From NCBI GenBank assembly GCA_013239625.1, contig MU054338.1, positions 1,428,001 to 1,492,000 of the forward strand: a stretch of 64,000 bases of DNA, written 5' to 3'. Positions 34,631 to 49,045 of the stretch are shown here, in pieces (position 1 is the stretch's first letter; every line of letters begins with the position of its first letter). Made by a program: the position numbers and the translations under genes. Source of the DNA: Lama guanicoe (lineage: Eukaryota). The notes under the pieces are model-generated. The model was given only the letters and a program-made list of their open reading frames with translations. It was not told where the DNA came from and did no database searches.

Positions 34631-37429
34631 AGGTCTTTGCAGTCTCGAAGAATGGTGGGTTGAGGCCTCCACGGGGTTGTGTGCCTGCTCTGGGGGCTGG
34701 ACGGGAGAAGGGGCCGAGCTCCCCACAGGAGCAGCGTCAGCTGCAGTGCAGGGACCTACCTAGGGGAGGAGCCCAAAATCTGTCCGTCCAGGGAGGACTT
34801 GAGAAATGAGACCCACCCCCACTTGGCCCCAAGTAATCCTGGATTAATTTGCCACGAAGCTTTTAACCCAGGACGGGCTGGGGCTGCCTGGGCCCCTTCC
34901 CTTGAGCAGAGCAATCCAGCCCTGTGGACACAGCCAGGTAGCTAGGTCCCTCGTTCCCTCCTGGCCAGGGCCCCATCTCCTCCCAACTCATCTATTCTGA
35001 GCAAGCTTTCCCCTCCTCAGGCCACAGGGGACATGTCTTCCCGTCCCCTCCCAAGCCAGGGGGTGCTGCACACACCCCTGGGCAAAGTGAGCCAGGCCCC
35101 CACCCCGAGGCAGCTGGCCCCTATGTCCTCAGGCCACCCCTCCCTCTGCCCCCAACCACAAGTAGGGCTGGAGGGAGCAGGGGGTGGGCTTCGGCAGGCC
35201 CTTGAAGTGTCCCCCATTCAGGCTTCTGGACAGACTTGGGCAGCGGGGCCAGGCCACACGCAGGGCCCGCATTCTGAGGCCTGCTTTCGGGGACACACTA
35301 CCCACCTCTTCAGGATTCGTGTGGCCTGCGTCCTAGATCCAGGCCCTCCTGGGACTTTCATCCACGACAATTCATTAAGCCCTAATTAGCCTCCGTCTGC
35401 CGTTAGTCCCTGTTAACCCTTCGGGGGGCTGGGGGCCTCCTGACCCACTTTGCCTGCCAGCCTGTGCAGGGGGAGCTGTTGACTGTCCTCTGCAGGTGAG
35501 GTCTGCGATCTGGAACCACATTTTGAACGCCCGGTATATACCATGGCCATTCAGCTACTAGCCCAGCCCAGCCCTGAGGGTGGAAAGGATGAAGCCCTCA
35601 GAGAAAAGGAGACCGAGGGTCAGAGTGGTCTCCAGCTCACCTGACATCACTCAGCTTGAGAGTCAATATCTGAACCTTTCCACTGAATCCCAGAACCCTA
35701 CTGGAGGGCGGACAGAGGGCAGGATTCACGTGGTGGTGGGCAGCACACCCAGGCCCACCTGGGACAAGCTTTGCTTCGAGAGTTCTCCCAGAGGCTCTCT
35801 GGTTCTCTACCTGGTGACCAGGTGGTGACTCAGGGGCGCCCAAGAATGACAGCATTGTGGGAAGAAAAATCAAGCTGCTGCCTCAGATCTGCTTTATATT
35901 CCCACTCAGCGAGGCACCTTTGGATCCCGGGCAAAACGTGGGGGCGGCTAGGAGCTGCCACCTCCATTCTACAGGTGAGCACACTGAGGCTGAGCGGGTG
36001 CAGTGGTGCTGCTGTGGTGATGGTGAGGGTGCTCGTGGGCGCCCCACATTAATAGAGCATCTATCTCACAGCAGCACCAGGCGGGGTGGGGGGCGCAAGG
36101 CACCTCAATTTATTATAGCCCGTGTTGATGTCCATTTCCAGACTGGAGCTCAGAGAGGGGCTGTCCTCTGATGGAAGCCACCAGCTGGAACAGAGAACAG
36201 AGAAGCAGGCCCAGGAAGCTTCTGAGCCCTTCTGAGCCCCCCTCTCACAGTTGGACGGCCCCTTCCTGTCACTGCACGTCATCCAGGTAGATTAGAGGGG
36301 CTGCACCTGCGGGAGAAGCCTGCAGGGTGGGCCCACGGGGAGCTCAGATCCTGTCCCAGATGGCCGGAGCTCCATCTCAGAGGGCAATGGAGGCAGGCGG
36401 TGAGCCCATAGCCTGATGACCCCGACCTCTCCCCGCCTGCCTGCACCCGTTTTCCACCAGCCTCATCCACAGAAACCCTGTGTCCTCCACCTCCAGGCAC
36501 TCACACACCATACCCTTCCCAGCCTCCACACCTCCTCCAGGGAGCCCTCCTGGGTTGCTGTCCCTGAAAGCTCCCCCCTCCCATCAAGCCCCAGATAGTC
36601 CCTCTGTCTGCTGCCATGCTGCAGCAGACACCCCCTCCCCGCGCCCCCACTAGAAGCAAGAGGTTCTCAACCATCTCTGGGCAAACATGGATTTACCGAG
36701 GACTGCTTGTTAAAAATGCAGGTTCCAGGTCACAAAACCCCAGAAGTTCTGATTCCTCAGAACTGGGGGACTCGGGTGTCTGTGTCCTTAGTGCCTGGGG
36801 CACATGTTTAAGAAAACCATTTATAAGGCGGTCTCGAAAGTAAGGACCCTCACCCTATCCCTAACCCTGCACCCAGATCAAGGTACAAGGCGATGTCCCC
36901 TAGCCCCAACTTGTTGAATGGGGCTCAGTGGCCTCCCAAGCCAGCCCCCAGAGGCCCTGGGGGGCGCCCAGGCCCAGGCTCGGGGACGGAGAGAAGCCCT
37001 CGCCCTGCCCTTGCTGCTTGGACACAGGCCCACAGTGCAGGGGGCTCGGCCCTGTGCCCCCAAATCCCTCCCACCCAGCTGAGCTGTCCCCAGCCCCAGG
37101 GATGCAGCAGGTCCTGCTGTGAACCCCAAATGCTTTCTTTGCCTTCCTCGGCATCCCCTAGGCTAGACTAGACCCCTCTGGAGGGAAGGACAGGAAGGCG
37201 CAGGGCCAAAGCTGCCATCACGACGGCCCCCGACCCCCAGACCCAGCCAGTGCCCCTCCTTCCCCCTCTCCCGAGGGGGCTGCATTCCCCCAGGTGTCCT
37301 CACTGCCCCCAGAGAGACGCCTACCTGACTCCCCACTCCTCGGCGCCCCAGGGGAGGGTCGGGGTGACCCCAGCATGGGGAGTGGCCCCCCGAAGTTTCC
37401 AGGGGGAGCTCTGGGGGCCTGGCGAGGAG

Positions 37430-37920
37430 CAGCAATGCCCCGGGAGGGGTGCGCAGGGAGAGTGGCCCCCAGGCGAGGAGAGGGGGCGCGGGAGGGGGGT
37501 GCGGGGCGCAGGCGGAGCGGGGTCGCCCGGCCCGGCGCGGCCACTCACCTGGGCGGCTCCGCCGCGGACACGGCGCGGGCTGCGGAGCGGGGGCCGCCCG
37601 GAGCCGACACGAGCCGCCGCCGCCTACCGGGTCCGCCGTGCGCGCCCCTGNNNNNNNNNNNNNNNNNNNNNNNNNNNNNNNNNNNNNNNNNNNNCCGTGC
37701 GCGCGGCTCGCCGGCCGGGGAGCGCGGCGCCGGGGCCGCAGGGCTGCGGGGCTGCGGGGCGCGAGGACACGTGCGCGCAGGTGCCGGGCCGCGCGCCAGG
37801 GCGGCGGGGCCAAGCGCGGGGAGCGCCTGCCGCTCCGGTGCACCCACCCGCGCCGGCGAGAGTGAGGCCCCCGGGGGCGGTGGCCTCGGCGGGCCTGCAG
37901 AGGCTGCGGTGCAAGAAACG
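37430..37920 (-). promoter_or_regulatory. LINGO3: CpG island with probable LINGO3 promoter and non-coding exon 1 (donor CCCAG|GTGAGT, exon end 37549)
   Basis: Isolated CpG island upstream of LINGO3 with a consensus minus-strand 5' splice site; partly hidden by an N gap. Confidence 0.7.
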
Positions 37921-40900
37921 CAGGGCTCTCCATCTGTGCTCCTCTGGGACCTGTCCCCTTCTCACTGCCGTGAGTCCAGGCCGCCACCACCTGGTACCTG
38001 GACACCTGGACACCTGCCCCAGCCTATTCCGCTCCAGCCAGCGCTCCAGGCCCATCCGCCCCCTAGCCAGAGGATGCTTGACCACTGGCCTCCAGAACCC
38101 ACAATGGCTCCCTGTTGCCCTCTGGATCATCTAAACTCGGTGTGTGTTTCTGGATCTTCCCTATCCACGCCTTCCTCCCACCCGCGGCCTCACTCCTCCC
38201 CAAGGAGGCCTCCTTGCTCCTCTTCACACAGGCCAGGTTCCTGCCAGCCTCAGCCTTTCCCCTTCCTGTTCCCTCTCCCTGGAATGCCTTTCCCTTCCTC
38301 CTTCCTTGGCCAGTCTGTACTTACGTGTGTTTATCTGCCTGGCAGGCTGCAGCACGCAGAGCAGTTGGCGGGCATTCGTGTGGGGACTGACTCTTTCTCT
38401 TACATACTGTGGTGGTTTGGGGGGCCCTGGGCACCCCATGCTTGGGAACCTCAAGTTGGAGGGAGCTTGCCTCATCTGATAAAAGATGTCTTGGCGGAGC
38501 AGATGTCCTAGAATCACAAAACAGGGGTGAAGGGCCCCTATTCCCGACTGCTGGTCTGGAACACCGTGGTTCCTGAGGGGAAACAAGTTGGGGCAGAAAC
38601 AAGACCAGGAGTGGGGTGTCCTGAGCCATGAGGACAGGGTCTGTCTGGCATCCGCCCCATTTAGGGAGCTCACACTGTGGAGTCTGGGATGTTACTTCAG
38701 TGTAGGGGGCACGGGGCAGAGGACAGGGGTGGGGGGACCCTCCATTAATACCCCCCACCCCCACAATCGTGCTTGTAACACCAGCAAGATTACCCAGTGC
38801 TTACTGTGCGCTGGGTCCGTTTCAGACTCTGGCCCTCTTGTGCCTGCTGCAGCCTCACTGTTACAGGTGGACAATTTATTGTTCCCATTTCACAGATGAG
38901 CAAATCGAGGTTCAGCAATGCCCTTGGTCCCCAGAGAGGGGCTCAAGGTAGTCCTGGCTGCCCTGAGGGCCAGGTTGTAACCGTGCACAATCCCACCCCC
39001 CAGACTTCCTGCCCACTGCACCCTCACAGCTGTTTCCCTGGTGGCTGGACGTCAGCTCAGCCACCTGTGACTCAAGCAGGCTTTGTTCCCAGACTGTCGC
39101 GTTGGCCGGAGGCCCGGAAACCGCATCCCGGGAGGCTGCAGGCCAGGTCCCATGGGACAAGGGGAAGGACCCCTCCCTGGCCTGCGGAGGTCCAGGAGGA
39201 GGCTGTCGGATCCCCTCCCTCCTGGTTCCCCAAACACCCAGGCCCACCCAGTGCCCACACAGAGATGTCACCGTTGTGGAGACGGTGTGACCTCAGGGCA
39301 GTGGCGAGGGGGGGCTAACCGACTCGGTGGCCAGGATTTGAACCTAGGTTCTGTCCCTTACTGGCTGTGGGACTGTGTGTTAGTTTCCACATCTGTAAAA
39401 TGGGGACCTGAACAGCACCCATCTTCCAGGGCCACAGAGACTCCACTCAATGACACAAGGGACAGCAGGACACTCAGTGGTTCTGCCCAGCTTGTGGCTG
39501 TTGCTCTGGAAGCCTGGCAGAAGGGCAGGTGAGGCCTCAGGCGCTGCCCGCCTCAGGACCTTTGCACAGCTTTTCTACTTGCACCCTTCCCCCAGACCTC
39601 AGCCCGGCTCACCCCTTCCTGACTCATGCCCCTCCCGGACTCCTTGGCATTCTCCCCAGTTCAGACACTGTGTAATTTACCGATTTATTCTGTTTATCAC
39701 AGGCCCCGCCTTCTTTCCTGCTGCGTCCCAGTAGACGCACAGTAGGCATCCAGTAAATACTGCCTGAATGAACAAATGATCCAGTAACTTTGAGGCAGTA
39801 GGTTTTGCCCCCGGAGGTGGGTTTCTGGGGGTCTGAGTGGGGCAGTGGTCCCTGGCTTCCATCGCAGTGTCTGTCACTCCCTGAAACTCCTGTCTTGTCT
39901 TCTCTCTGTCCTTAGCCGGCATCTCCCTGCCCCCCACCCCAAGAGGGAGCCCGTTGAGGGTAGAGGCCACACCTGTCTTGCTCACCGCAGTGTCCCGGAG
40001 CACATAGTAGGTCCTCAGCAATAGGCTAGAACGTACGCACAGGCATTGCGTTCCATTGCATTTAGCAGAGGGAGGGAGGTGGGCTCAGCCTCTGGGTGGC
40101 CCCCCGGGCCCAGCATCCCCAGTGGGACGCTGCTGGGGGACCGAGGGGAGTGTGGAAAGGCGGTGCAGCCAGGGGTTCCAGCTTCCCAGGTGGTGGGATG
40201 GCAGTACCTGGTTGCCAAGGTTATGGCCACCTGTGATGGGGTTATTGCTGTGGAGATGAACCCCCTGGGAAGAGAGGGCAGCTCCAGATGGGGGAGCTGT
40301 GGGTAGGGTGGGGGCTGGAAGGTGGCTGCCACCCGCCATGGTCAGGGGGAGCTCTCTGGGTGGGGGTGCGGCTGGGCCATGGCTCTCCCAGTCCTGCACC
40401 CTCGTGCCTGGGAAAGCCGGCAGGAACCCTTAGGTGGCAGTAATTGTTTCTCAAATTAAAAGCCCTTATCTTCTCGCCTTCTCTCTCTGGACTGATGGAC
40501 GGGGCCAGGGGAGAGAGGCTGTGGGGCAGGTGGCCTGGGAGCCTCAGGTGTGGCCCCAGACAAGTGGCTCCCTCTTGTGGTGGAAGCAGAGTCCTGGGTT
40601 CCTGGCCGGCATGAGAGCAGAGGGATTGAGGCCCTGGGGCTGTGCCTGGTCCCCGCTGGGTGACCTTAAGCTAATGACCTAACCTCTCTGGGCCCCAGTA
40701 GCCTCAGCTGGTATGTGGGAATCATAACAGCCAGTCCCTCTAGGCGGCTGGGAGGAAGGCGGGGACCTGTGCTACTTACGAGACTGCCCGCTCTGCGCGC
40801 ACAGCCAGGAAGGGTTTACTGAGCCAGCATTTCCTCAGGCTGTGTGTGGGGATGCCGGGACCCCACAGGCAGCTCCCACCACACAAAGGGCCCAAAAGCT

Positions 40901-42399
40901 AGACTGCAAGGCAGACATCACAGGGCGAGCTCTGAGGGCCACAGAGGGTGGAAGGGGCCCGCCTGGGGCAGAGGGCCTAGAGGGCTGCCTGGACGTGACT
41001 TCTGGGCCTTGGTGGCCGTTTTGTGTGTCCAAACAGGGGCCTGGCACTGCCATTAGCTCATTGCGCAAGGCTGCCCTAGATGACAGCCCCCGGTCCCCGG
41101 TTACTGTAGGTCTCTGATGTGATTGTGGTAAACAGGCACCGCCACGCATCCCCGCCTCCCCGTGTGCGCCCTGTGGAGCTCACAAAAACCCCGCTCTTTT
41201 TATTATGGAATTGACCGATCTAGCTGTAGCCTAGGGACCCCACAGCACTCCGCCCTCGGGCCCTAACAAAGGCACCAGCCCCAAGTCCCATGAGCGGTCT
41301 CTGCCTGCCCCTGCCTTGACCTCCCCGTGTGGCCCCCCAACGCATGCCGTGATCCTCCCCTAGAGACTGTGAGTAACAGACTTCTCTGTTTCAATTCCCT
41401 TGTAATCTTTGGTTGAACTGAGGCTGACCCTCAAACCCTGCACCCCCAGGTTTCCACTGAATCACTGCTGATTTAACAAAGTCACAAGGAGAGAGTATGC
41501 TTGCAGAGCCTCGAGCATGGAGCATTAAGTGAAGATGGAAAAGGCACTCTGACTTTATCTGAAGGGAAGCTGGGAGCCATAGAGTGTTCTAGAGAGGGAG
41601 CATGAGGATGGGGTTTGTGTAGCCCTGTTCCCCCAAGCAAGTTCTGGGTTCAGAGTTTAAAAAAACATTAAAAAAAAACCCTCTCCTCTGATACACATAG
41701 AAATGAATAGCCCCCAGCAGATCCCAAGGGAACCCTGTGCTTATGTTAGCTTTTGATTATGGACATTTTCAAACACAAGCAAAAGCTGAGAGAATCCTGC
41801 AAGGAACACAACCCCAGGGACCTGTCGCTAACGTGTGGTCCTTCTGGTGTCATCAGGACCCTCCCCACCCCCAAACAGACTATGTCACCGGCACATCTCT
41901 GACACTGTATCCATAAATCCAGGCGTAAATATTTGTATCTCTAAAATACAAGATCTTAAATAACCCACAACTCTTTTATCAATCTTAAAAAAAAATTGAC
42001 AGTAACTCCTGATTATTCTCAAACGTCCAACCAGGGCACAATTTCCTTGATTGTCTTGTAAATTTTTTTTCCCCACACTTTGTTCAAATCAGGATCCAGA
42101 TCAAAGCCATTCATTGCAGTTGGCTGATACCTCTTTTAACGTATAAGTTCTCTCTCTCTCTCTCTGTTTCTCCTAACAATGTGTTTGTGGAAGAAACTAG
42201 TACCTTTTGGATTTGGCTGATCGTTCAGCTCCCACGGTGTACCCCCCGTGCCTGGTACCCTTGGGGTACCTGGCATTTCACCTGGGCTACAAGGCTGAGA
42301 CGGTCGCAGCCCCTGACCTGATGGAACTAGACGGATTGGGGGTGGGTGGACATGTAAGTGACCAGGACCCTGTGAGGCCTTCCTGGCACAGACCCCCCT

Positions 42400-42800
42400 G
42401 CCCAGTATTCTCTGCTGCAGCTTCTCTCTGAATTACCTGGATAACTGTTTCATGAATATTTCCTCAGTTTTTCAGATGCTAAAAACTACCACCAAATGGA
42501 AGAAATTAACTACTTGATCATAAGCACGTGGCCCCCAGACCTCCTGATGGCTAAGGATTTGAGCACCATCAAACAACAGAGAAGGGTGCACAGCGGATCA
42601 CTGACCCTGGCTGCCCCTCCCTCAGCAGGCCTTTAAAAATGCCCAGCAGAAGCCCTTCAGGGAGTTCAGGGTTTTAGGAGCATGCATTACCATTTCTCCT
42701 TGCTCTGCCCGGAAGTAAAACTTTCTCGCTCCAAATTCCCACGTTTTGGTGCTTTGTGGCTTCACCGTGCATCAGGCACATGAACTTGTGTTTGGCGACA
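42400..42800 (+). mobile_element. ERV1-type solo LTR (probable)
   Basis: TATA-like CTTTAAAAA, poly(A)-like AAGTAAAA and a terminal ACA; family not identified. Confidence 0.5.
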
Positions 42801-43414
42801 GGCAGAAAACACAGAAATACTCAGCCGTTGTAAGGTAAGTGCGGATGATGGCTAAGGATTAAACTCGCTGCCGTGGATAACCCTGCAGCTGTGGTAATCA
42901 GGAAGGGGGCTGTTTGGGAAGGAGGGTCAGGGAAAGTCTTCGATCGAGTGATGGCCTGGAGGAAGCAAGGGATGAGGCTTGTGAGAGGAAACATTGTTCA
43001 GGAGCACAAATAGTACATGCAAAGGCCCTGGGGCAGGAGCAAGCCCAATGCGCTCTAGGGTTGGCAGGGAGGCCACTGTGGGGTGAAGTGGAGTGAGCAC
43101 CACAGAGAAGAGAAAGGAGGCGAGGGCAGACATGGGGACAGGTGAGATCCCGCACACCTGGAGGACCCAGGAGTTCAGATTTTGTCTGGACATGATGGGA
43201 AGACACTGGAGAGTTTAAGTACAGGGTGTGTATGTGTGTGACGTGGTCTGATCTGACCTGCTGCTGGAAGTGGGAGAATGTGAAGAGATGCAGGGAGATG
43301 AGAGGAGGCAGGTACCACTGTGATCCAGGTAGGGGCTGCTGGGGCCTGAATCACAGCAAGAATTTTCAGCAAGTAATTGTAATTCAGTAAGTAATTATTG
43401 CATCAGGAACCAGT

Positions 43415-44030
43415 TTCAGATTTTGCAAATAGAGACCATTTTAGTTCTTCTTCTCCAACGCTTATCATTGATTTCGTTTTCCTATCTTATTACACTGTTT
43501 AGGCTCTCAAGTACAAAGTCCAAGGCTGCCGTGGCCATCCTTGCCTTGCTCCTGGTCTTAGGCGGCAAGCACCCCGTGTTCCACCGTTCACTGTGTTGTT
43601 GGCTGTCAGGGTTTCACAGGTGGCCTTTATCAGGTCGAGGAAACCCTTCTATTTCTAGTTGCCCAGATTTTAATCCGAATGGATGTTGAATTTTGTCAGA
43701 TGCCTCTGCTTGAGATATGACATGACCATGTGGTTTTTCTCCTTTATTCTGTCAACGTGGTGAATGACACTGATGGATATTCCAGTGTGACGTAAACCTT
43801 GTGCTCCCGGCACAGACCCCAGGGCAGTCACAGCGCACCGCCCTTGGTGTAGGCAGCTGGATCCAGTCTGCTGGTGCTTTTGTTAGGGGTGCTTGCATCT
43901 GCACTCTTGAGAGATACGGGCCAGTGGTTTTCCTTTCCTGCTGTACCTTTGACATGTTTTGCTGATGCTGCCCTCACACGAGAGGTGGGGTATATTCCTC
44001 CCTCCTCTGGTTTCTGAGTTTGGGTTGGTG
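43415..44030 (-). mobile_element. Old L1 ORF2 fragment
   Basis: TTTCTAGTTG...GAATGGATGTTGAATTTTGTCA...GTGGTTTTTCTCCTTTATTCTG typical of antisense L1M ORF2. Confidence 0.7.
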
Positions 44031-47000
44031 TTAAGTAGCCAGTTTGTTTCTTAAACGCTTCGGGCTAAGCTCTGAAGTAGAGCTGTTGGCAAGTGCTGAT
44101 GCATGGGGCTTGCGGGGAGTTCAAGGGCGACCTCAGGGCTTCGGACCTGTGCAAGAGGGCTCGCTGTGGGGACTGAGTCCCGGATGAGGAAGGCTGGGGG
44201 GTGGCAGGCAGAAGCGGGCCATCAGCTTGGGCACGTTAATTTGGGGGTTCCTCTAAGACACGCAGTGGTGTGGATCTGGTGTTTGGGGGAGACGGGGGCA
44301 GGGAAGGGGAACTCAGAATTTCTCAGCAATGAGGGTGGGGCCCAAGGCTATGCCGCCTATATCTCAGGCTCCTGGTCGCCAGCCCCCTCCCCGCCCCCTC
44401 CCGTCGGACCTCCTGATAGACAGGCCAGGAATGTTTCTATCTGGGCTCTTCATTCCTGGATGAGGCCTGACCTCTGCTGGCTCCCGTCAGCATGGCTGGG
44501 GACAGGGTGGGCGCTGGTGGGGGTGACTCAAGGTGGTGACCTTGGCCCTGAACACAGGCGGAAAGCATGGGAGGACAGGGAGGCCAGAATGCACTGTCAG
44601 CAGAGCACGTTTATTGAGTGTCAGAGCCCGCCCCCATGACCTCCAGGGCTGATGGGAGAGGCGGGGGTGGGGGCCTGTTCCTGCAGAGTTGGGGAAGGCT
44701 TGGAGCTGGGGAGGAAGCAGGAAGCGGGAGGGCCAGGCCCGCGGGGCCACCCTCACTTGCACCCTGGGCCAGCCTGAGCTCGAAACAACAGCCCCAGGGA
44801 TCCAGATGCCACCCCCACCCCCCCACCCCCGATTGCTAGGTTTCCCCGGTGAGAAAAGCCTCTTCCTTTTACATCCACGTCCACATCTGAGTCCAAGTGG
44901 AACTAGATTCCTTTCCCACCTCGCTGGTCAGGAGATCTGGAGTCGGACATCCCTGTGCCGGTCGCCATAGGGGAGCACAGGGCTCTGCGGCATCGCAGAG
45001 GCTGGTCCTCCAAGGTGGAACGAAGGCTCCCCGGGGCTGTGGGTGGCAGGACCCCACCTGACCAAGAGAGCATGGGCCTGCTGTCTCTCAGCTCCTGGGG
45101 CCATGTGGGTAGATGGCTCCTTCCCCTCTCTGTTTGCCCCACCCCCTGCATGTGACCCCGCCCAGCTAGCTCTGGGACTCAGTTTCTGCTCCCATGAGAC
45201 AGGCTTTAGAGCACAGGATGGGTGTGGGGGGCAGACAGTGCTGGAGGCAGCCCACGCCTTGGGTTAGGGTCCTGGCTGTGTGACCCAGTACGTGTTGCTC
45301 AACCTCTCTGAGCCTCAGCCGCCTCATCCATGAATGGGGATAATGAAAGGGTTTGGGGGAGGGCCAAGGGAAACAGAAGGTGTGTGCCAGCCCATCCTGT
45401 TACCAAAGCTGTCTGGGGGACAAGGCAGCTGTGGGGAGCAGGCAGGCTGCCGGTCAGCAGCATCCAGAGCCTGCCTACCTTGGAGAAACGCAGCAGTCTG
45501 CCGTGGGGCGGGGTCCTGGGGAGCTCTGGCTGGTCTGGGCTCCAGCTAGGGTCTGACCCTCTCTCTCTGTCTGCGAGGGCCTCTGGCGATGCGTCCCAGA
45601 GCGGGGCCTCCTCAGACAGCACCCAAGGCCTCTGGGCCAGCACCTGGAAGCCGTGGGCCGTGGTGACTGTGGGCATGTGGAGCAGGGCTGGCCCCCAGTC
45701 TGTTGGCCGCAGCCCCCGCCTGCTGTTTTGAGGTGCGCGCTGCCCTTGGACAGGGAGCTGGAAGGGTGGGATCCTTGCAGGGGTCAGCGGGCATCCTCCC
45801 AGCGGCATGGTGGGCTGGCGGGCTGGGCTGGACAGGGCCAGGGATTTATACCTCGGCCAGGAGGGCGGGCAGGGTGGGATCCAGTGTCACTGTGTCCTGA
45901 TTTCTTTCTTCCTTCCTGATCTAATCTCCACCCTTGTGTCTGCCTGTCCTTGTCACCCTAAATCTCTCTGCGTCTCTGTATCTGCCTCTGGCCATCTCAT
46001 TCTCCGACTCCTTGTAAAATATTAAAATTTCAATGTAACACTGAATATAAAATATAAAATATTAAATTTCTCCCTGTGAAATATTAAAATGTTGAAGATA
46101 CGCTGTCATTCCCCTCTGATCACCATCTTCAAGCCCAAGTCCACATGCTCCTTCTCTATATATTTAAAAGCACAGAAACTCAAGATCTTCTTCAGAATGA
46201 CCATCTGAAGTACACGGCGCTGCACCAGGAACATCAGTTTGCTACTTGCTTTCACTCTGCAGTTGTCACCAGCCTCTGTCAGCAAGTCTCAGTGACCTGC
46301 TGCTGCGTAACAAAATCCCCCAACTGAGTGGCATAAAACACTTTGTTATTCCTCATAATTCTGTGGGTTGGCGAAGCTCCTCTGAAGGGTCACCTGGGCT
46401 AGAAGCTGAGACCCTCACAAGTCCATGGGCGGTCAGAGCTGGCTGTGGTCCAGGAGCCGCAGACCACCTCCACCGACCTCTGTAAGCTGGTCCAGCTTTC
46501 CACAACGGCGGCCTCAGGGCAGCGTTCCAAGGGGACAAAGGTGGAAGCCACCAGGTTCCTTTGCAAATGGGGCTCTGAATCCTCACATAACTTCCACCAT
46601 ATTCTTTTTTTTTTGTATATATGTATTTTTATTGAAGTATAGTCAGTTTACAATGTTGTGACAAACCACCATATTCTTATCATCAAAGCAAGTCCCCAGA
46701 TTCCGGTGGGGGCAGAAACAGAATTCCTCTCTCGTGAGGGAAGCTGCAGGGAATCTGTGGCTGTATTTGATGGACCCCTGCCCAGAGAGATCTACCTCTC
46801 TAAGAAGCCGCTTTGGATTTGGCCAGAGGAACATGGGTTTAGACAGCAGATCCCCGAGTGATGGGCACGTGGGTTATTTAGTCTTTTACAAACGAGGGCA
46901 AAGTGACTCACTCTCTAGGGTGGAAAGAGTTCTGTGGAACAAGCTCTTTTTAATCCCCCTTTCTGGGGAGTGTTGCCTGAGCCTCCAGGAGGTCAGGGTC

Positions 47001-48779
47001 TCCCCTTCTCGGGCCCCCAGAGCACTCTGTTCTCATCCTCAGACTTGAACACAAAGATTTTTTTCTTACTCAACTCCTCACACTACTACAGCCCAGCACC
47101 TGGCCAAGGAGCGGATTGCTTGGCCGTGGAGCAGACATTCAGTGTCTTTTCTTGAGCTTAAGAGAGAAGGAGCGGGACAGCAGAGAGGCTGGGGCACTTA
47201 CTCTAAGCCACACAGCCAGTGGTGGGAGGGGATTGAAGCCCCAGATCGTGGCTGCGCATGGCAACTTTTGCTGGGAGGTGCGGGGCGGGTAGAGAGTGGT
47301 CTGAAGCCTAGGGGGCCGCTGTGAGGGCTGTGGGCACGGGGCAGGGAGGCGCCAGGGACGAGCCTTGCTTCCTGTGCGAGAGAAGCTGGGGCTGGAAAGG
47401 CATGCATCCTCCCATCCTGGCCCTGGGCTGCCTCCGAGCCCTAATGAGGTCTGAAGAGCCTCCCAGCCTCACCGCTCCCCCAGCCCCAACCCGAGGGCCA
47501 GGCCCCTCTGGCCCCAAGGTCTCAGTCTCAGCCCTGGTGTCTTGGCCTCGGACAAGCTGCTGGGTGTGTGGTGAGAACAGACACTCTGGGGTCCAAGTCT
47601 CTGTCCCCCCAATCCTGTGACCTCCCTGTGGGAGTCCTGGGCCCCCAGCTGTCAGACGGGCTTGGGGGAATCGCTCCCCCAGTGCAGGACATGGAGGTTG
47701 GATGCTGGCGGGTGGGCTGTGCCAGACTCTAGGTTACAGCCTCCCGGGGGCTGCACTCCCCCCACCAGCCAGCCCAGGCCCCCCCGCCCCCGCTGCCCAG
47801 CTGCCTGGGCTTGGGCCTGGGGCCGAGGCTGCTGATGAGGGGGCAGGGAGCCGGTGGAGGCAGAGCTGCCAGATGGCAGGGCCCGGGCAGGGGAGCTGAG
47901 AAGTGGGCGGGGGGGTGAGCACTCGGCCCCACAGCTAATCCCCAGCAGCGATGCTGCCTGGGCCACAGCCGAGCCCGGATCCGGGGATAAGGCAGCTGGT
48001 TTCAGGTTCCTTGGTGGAAGCAGTTGACAGGTAGTGGGAGAGGCCCTGCAGCCTGGTCCCCTTCTGTGGCAGCTTCCTGGGTGACCCAGCTGTGAGTGGA
48101 GGGGCCGCCGGCCTACGATTTCCCCCAGCATGACTCTCACTCCCGGCCCCTCCCTCTTGCTCACCCTCAGCCCTCCCAAGTGATGAGCCAGACACTCGCT
48201 CTCAGCAGGGAGGATCCCGTGGGGGCAGGGTCCTAACTGGGACACTGGGCCTGGGAAACCAGGGCCTGGAAAAGGCCCCGCTTCCTGAGGATGGGGACGG
48301 GGGCGTTGGTGAGCACGGCCCGGAGGGGGGGCGGGGGGCTCCTCGGGCTGCAGCAGAGCGCAGGCGTGGGGCCGGCGGACTGCCAGGCTTCCTCTGGTTC
48401 GTCCTCTGTGAGGTCATGGCTGTATGTGGAATGTGAGCCAGAAGGACCTGGCTCTGGGGACCACTCAGGCCAGCACAGAGCAGCCCTGCAGGGAGAAGGC
48501 AGAGGCAGGGTGGGGCCACTGAGAAGGTGTGTGTCCCATCGATGCTCCTGGGACCGCAGGCTGGCCTGGGGGGTTCTGCAAAGGCTCCAGCCTCCATGCC
48601 CTGTCCCTCTGTCAGGACAGCACGCACTCGGTCATGTCTGAGCCCCTCAGGCCCCGCAGGGCCCAAGGCCAGTGCTCAAGGAACTGCTGGACAAACCAAA
48701 TCCCAGGGACCCAGGTTTTACCAGAAAACCAAGGTGGAGAGCAAGATTCCAGGGCTCCTGGACACTTGAGGTTTGCAGT

Positions 48780-48785
48780 TTTATT
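48780..48785 (-). terminator. LSM7: LSM7 polyadenylation signal AATAAA
   Basis: TTTATT about 120 nt after the stop codon, preceded on the minus strand by a T-rich UTR. Confidence 0.85.
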
Positions 48786-48902
48786 AAGAAAACAAAAACA
48801 CAATCTATACAAAAAGGAAAGTTCCGGTCCTGCGGGTGGCCAGTAAGGTGGGAGGGCAGCCCTGCAGGGTCCGGGGAAGCAGCGTGTCGGCCACCCCGAG
48901 TG

Positions 48903-49045
48903 CTAGGCGTCCTGCTGCTGGATGAAGGGGTTGGGGATGGCCTCCATGCCGTCCTGAGGGCAGATGAGCACCACGGAGGTGCCCCTGCACACCACCAGGC
49001 CCAGCTGCCGCGTGTCCTCCGTCAGCTTGTACTGGTCATCAGGGT
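48903..49045 (-). CDS. LSM7: LSM7 exon 4 (PDDQYKLTEDTRQLGLVVCRGTSVVLICPQDGMEAIPNPFIQQQDA-stop)
   Basis: Sm2 motif; CGCAG acceptor; TAG at 48905-48903; total CDS 312 nt = 103 aa. Confidence 0.98.
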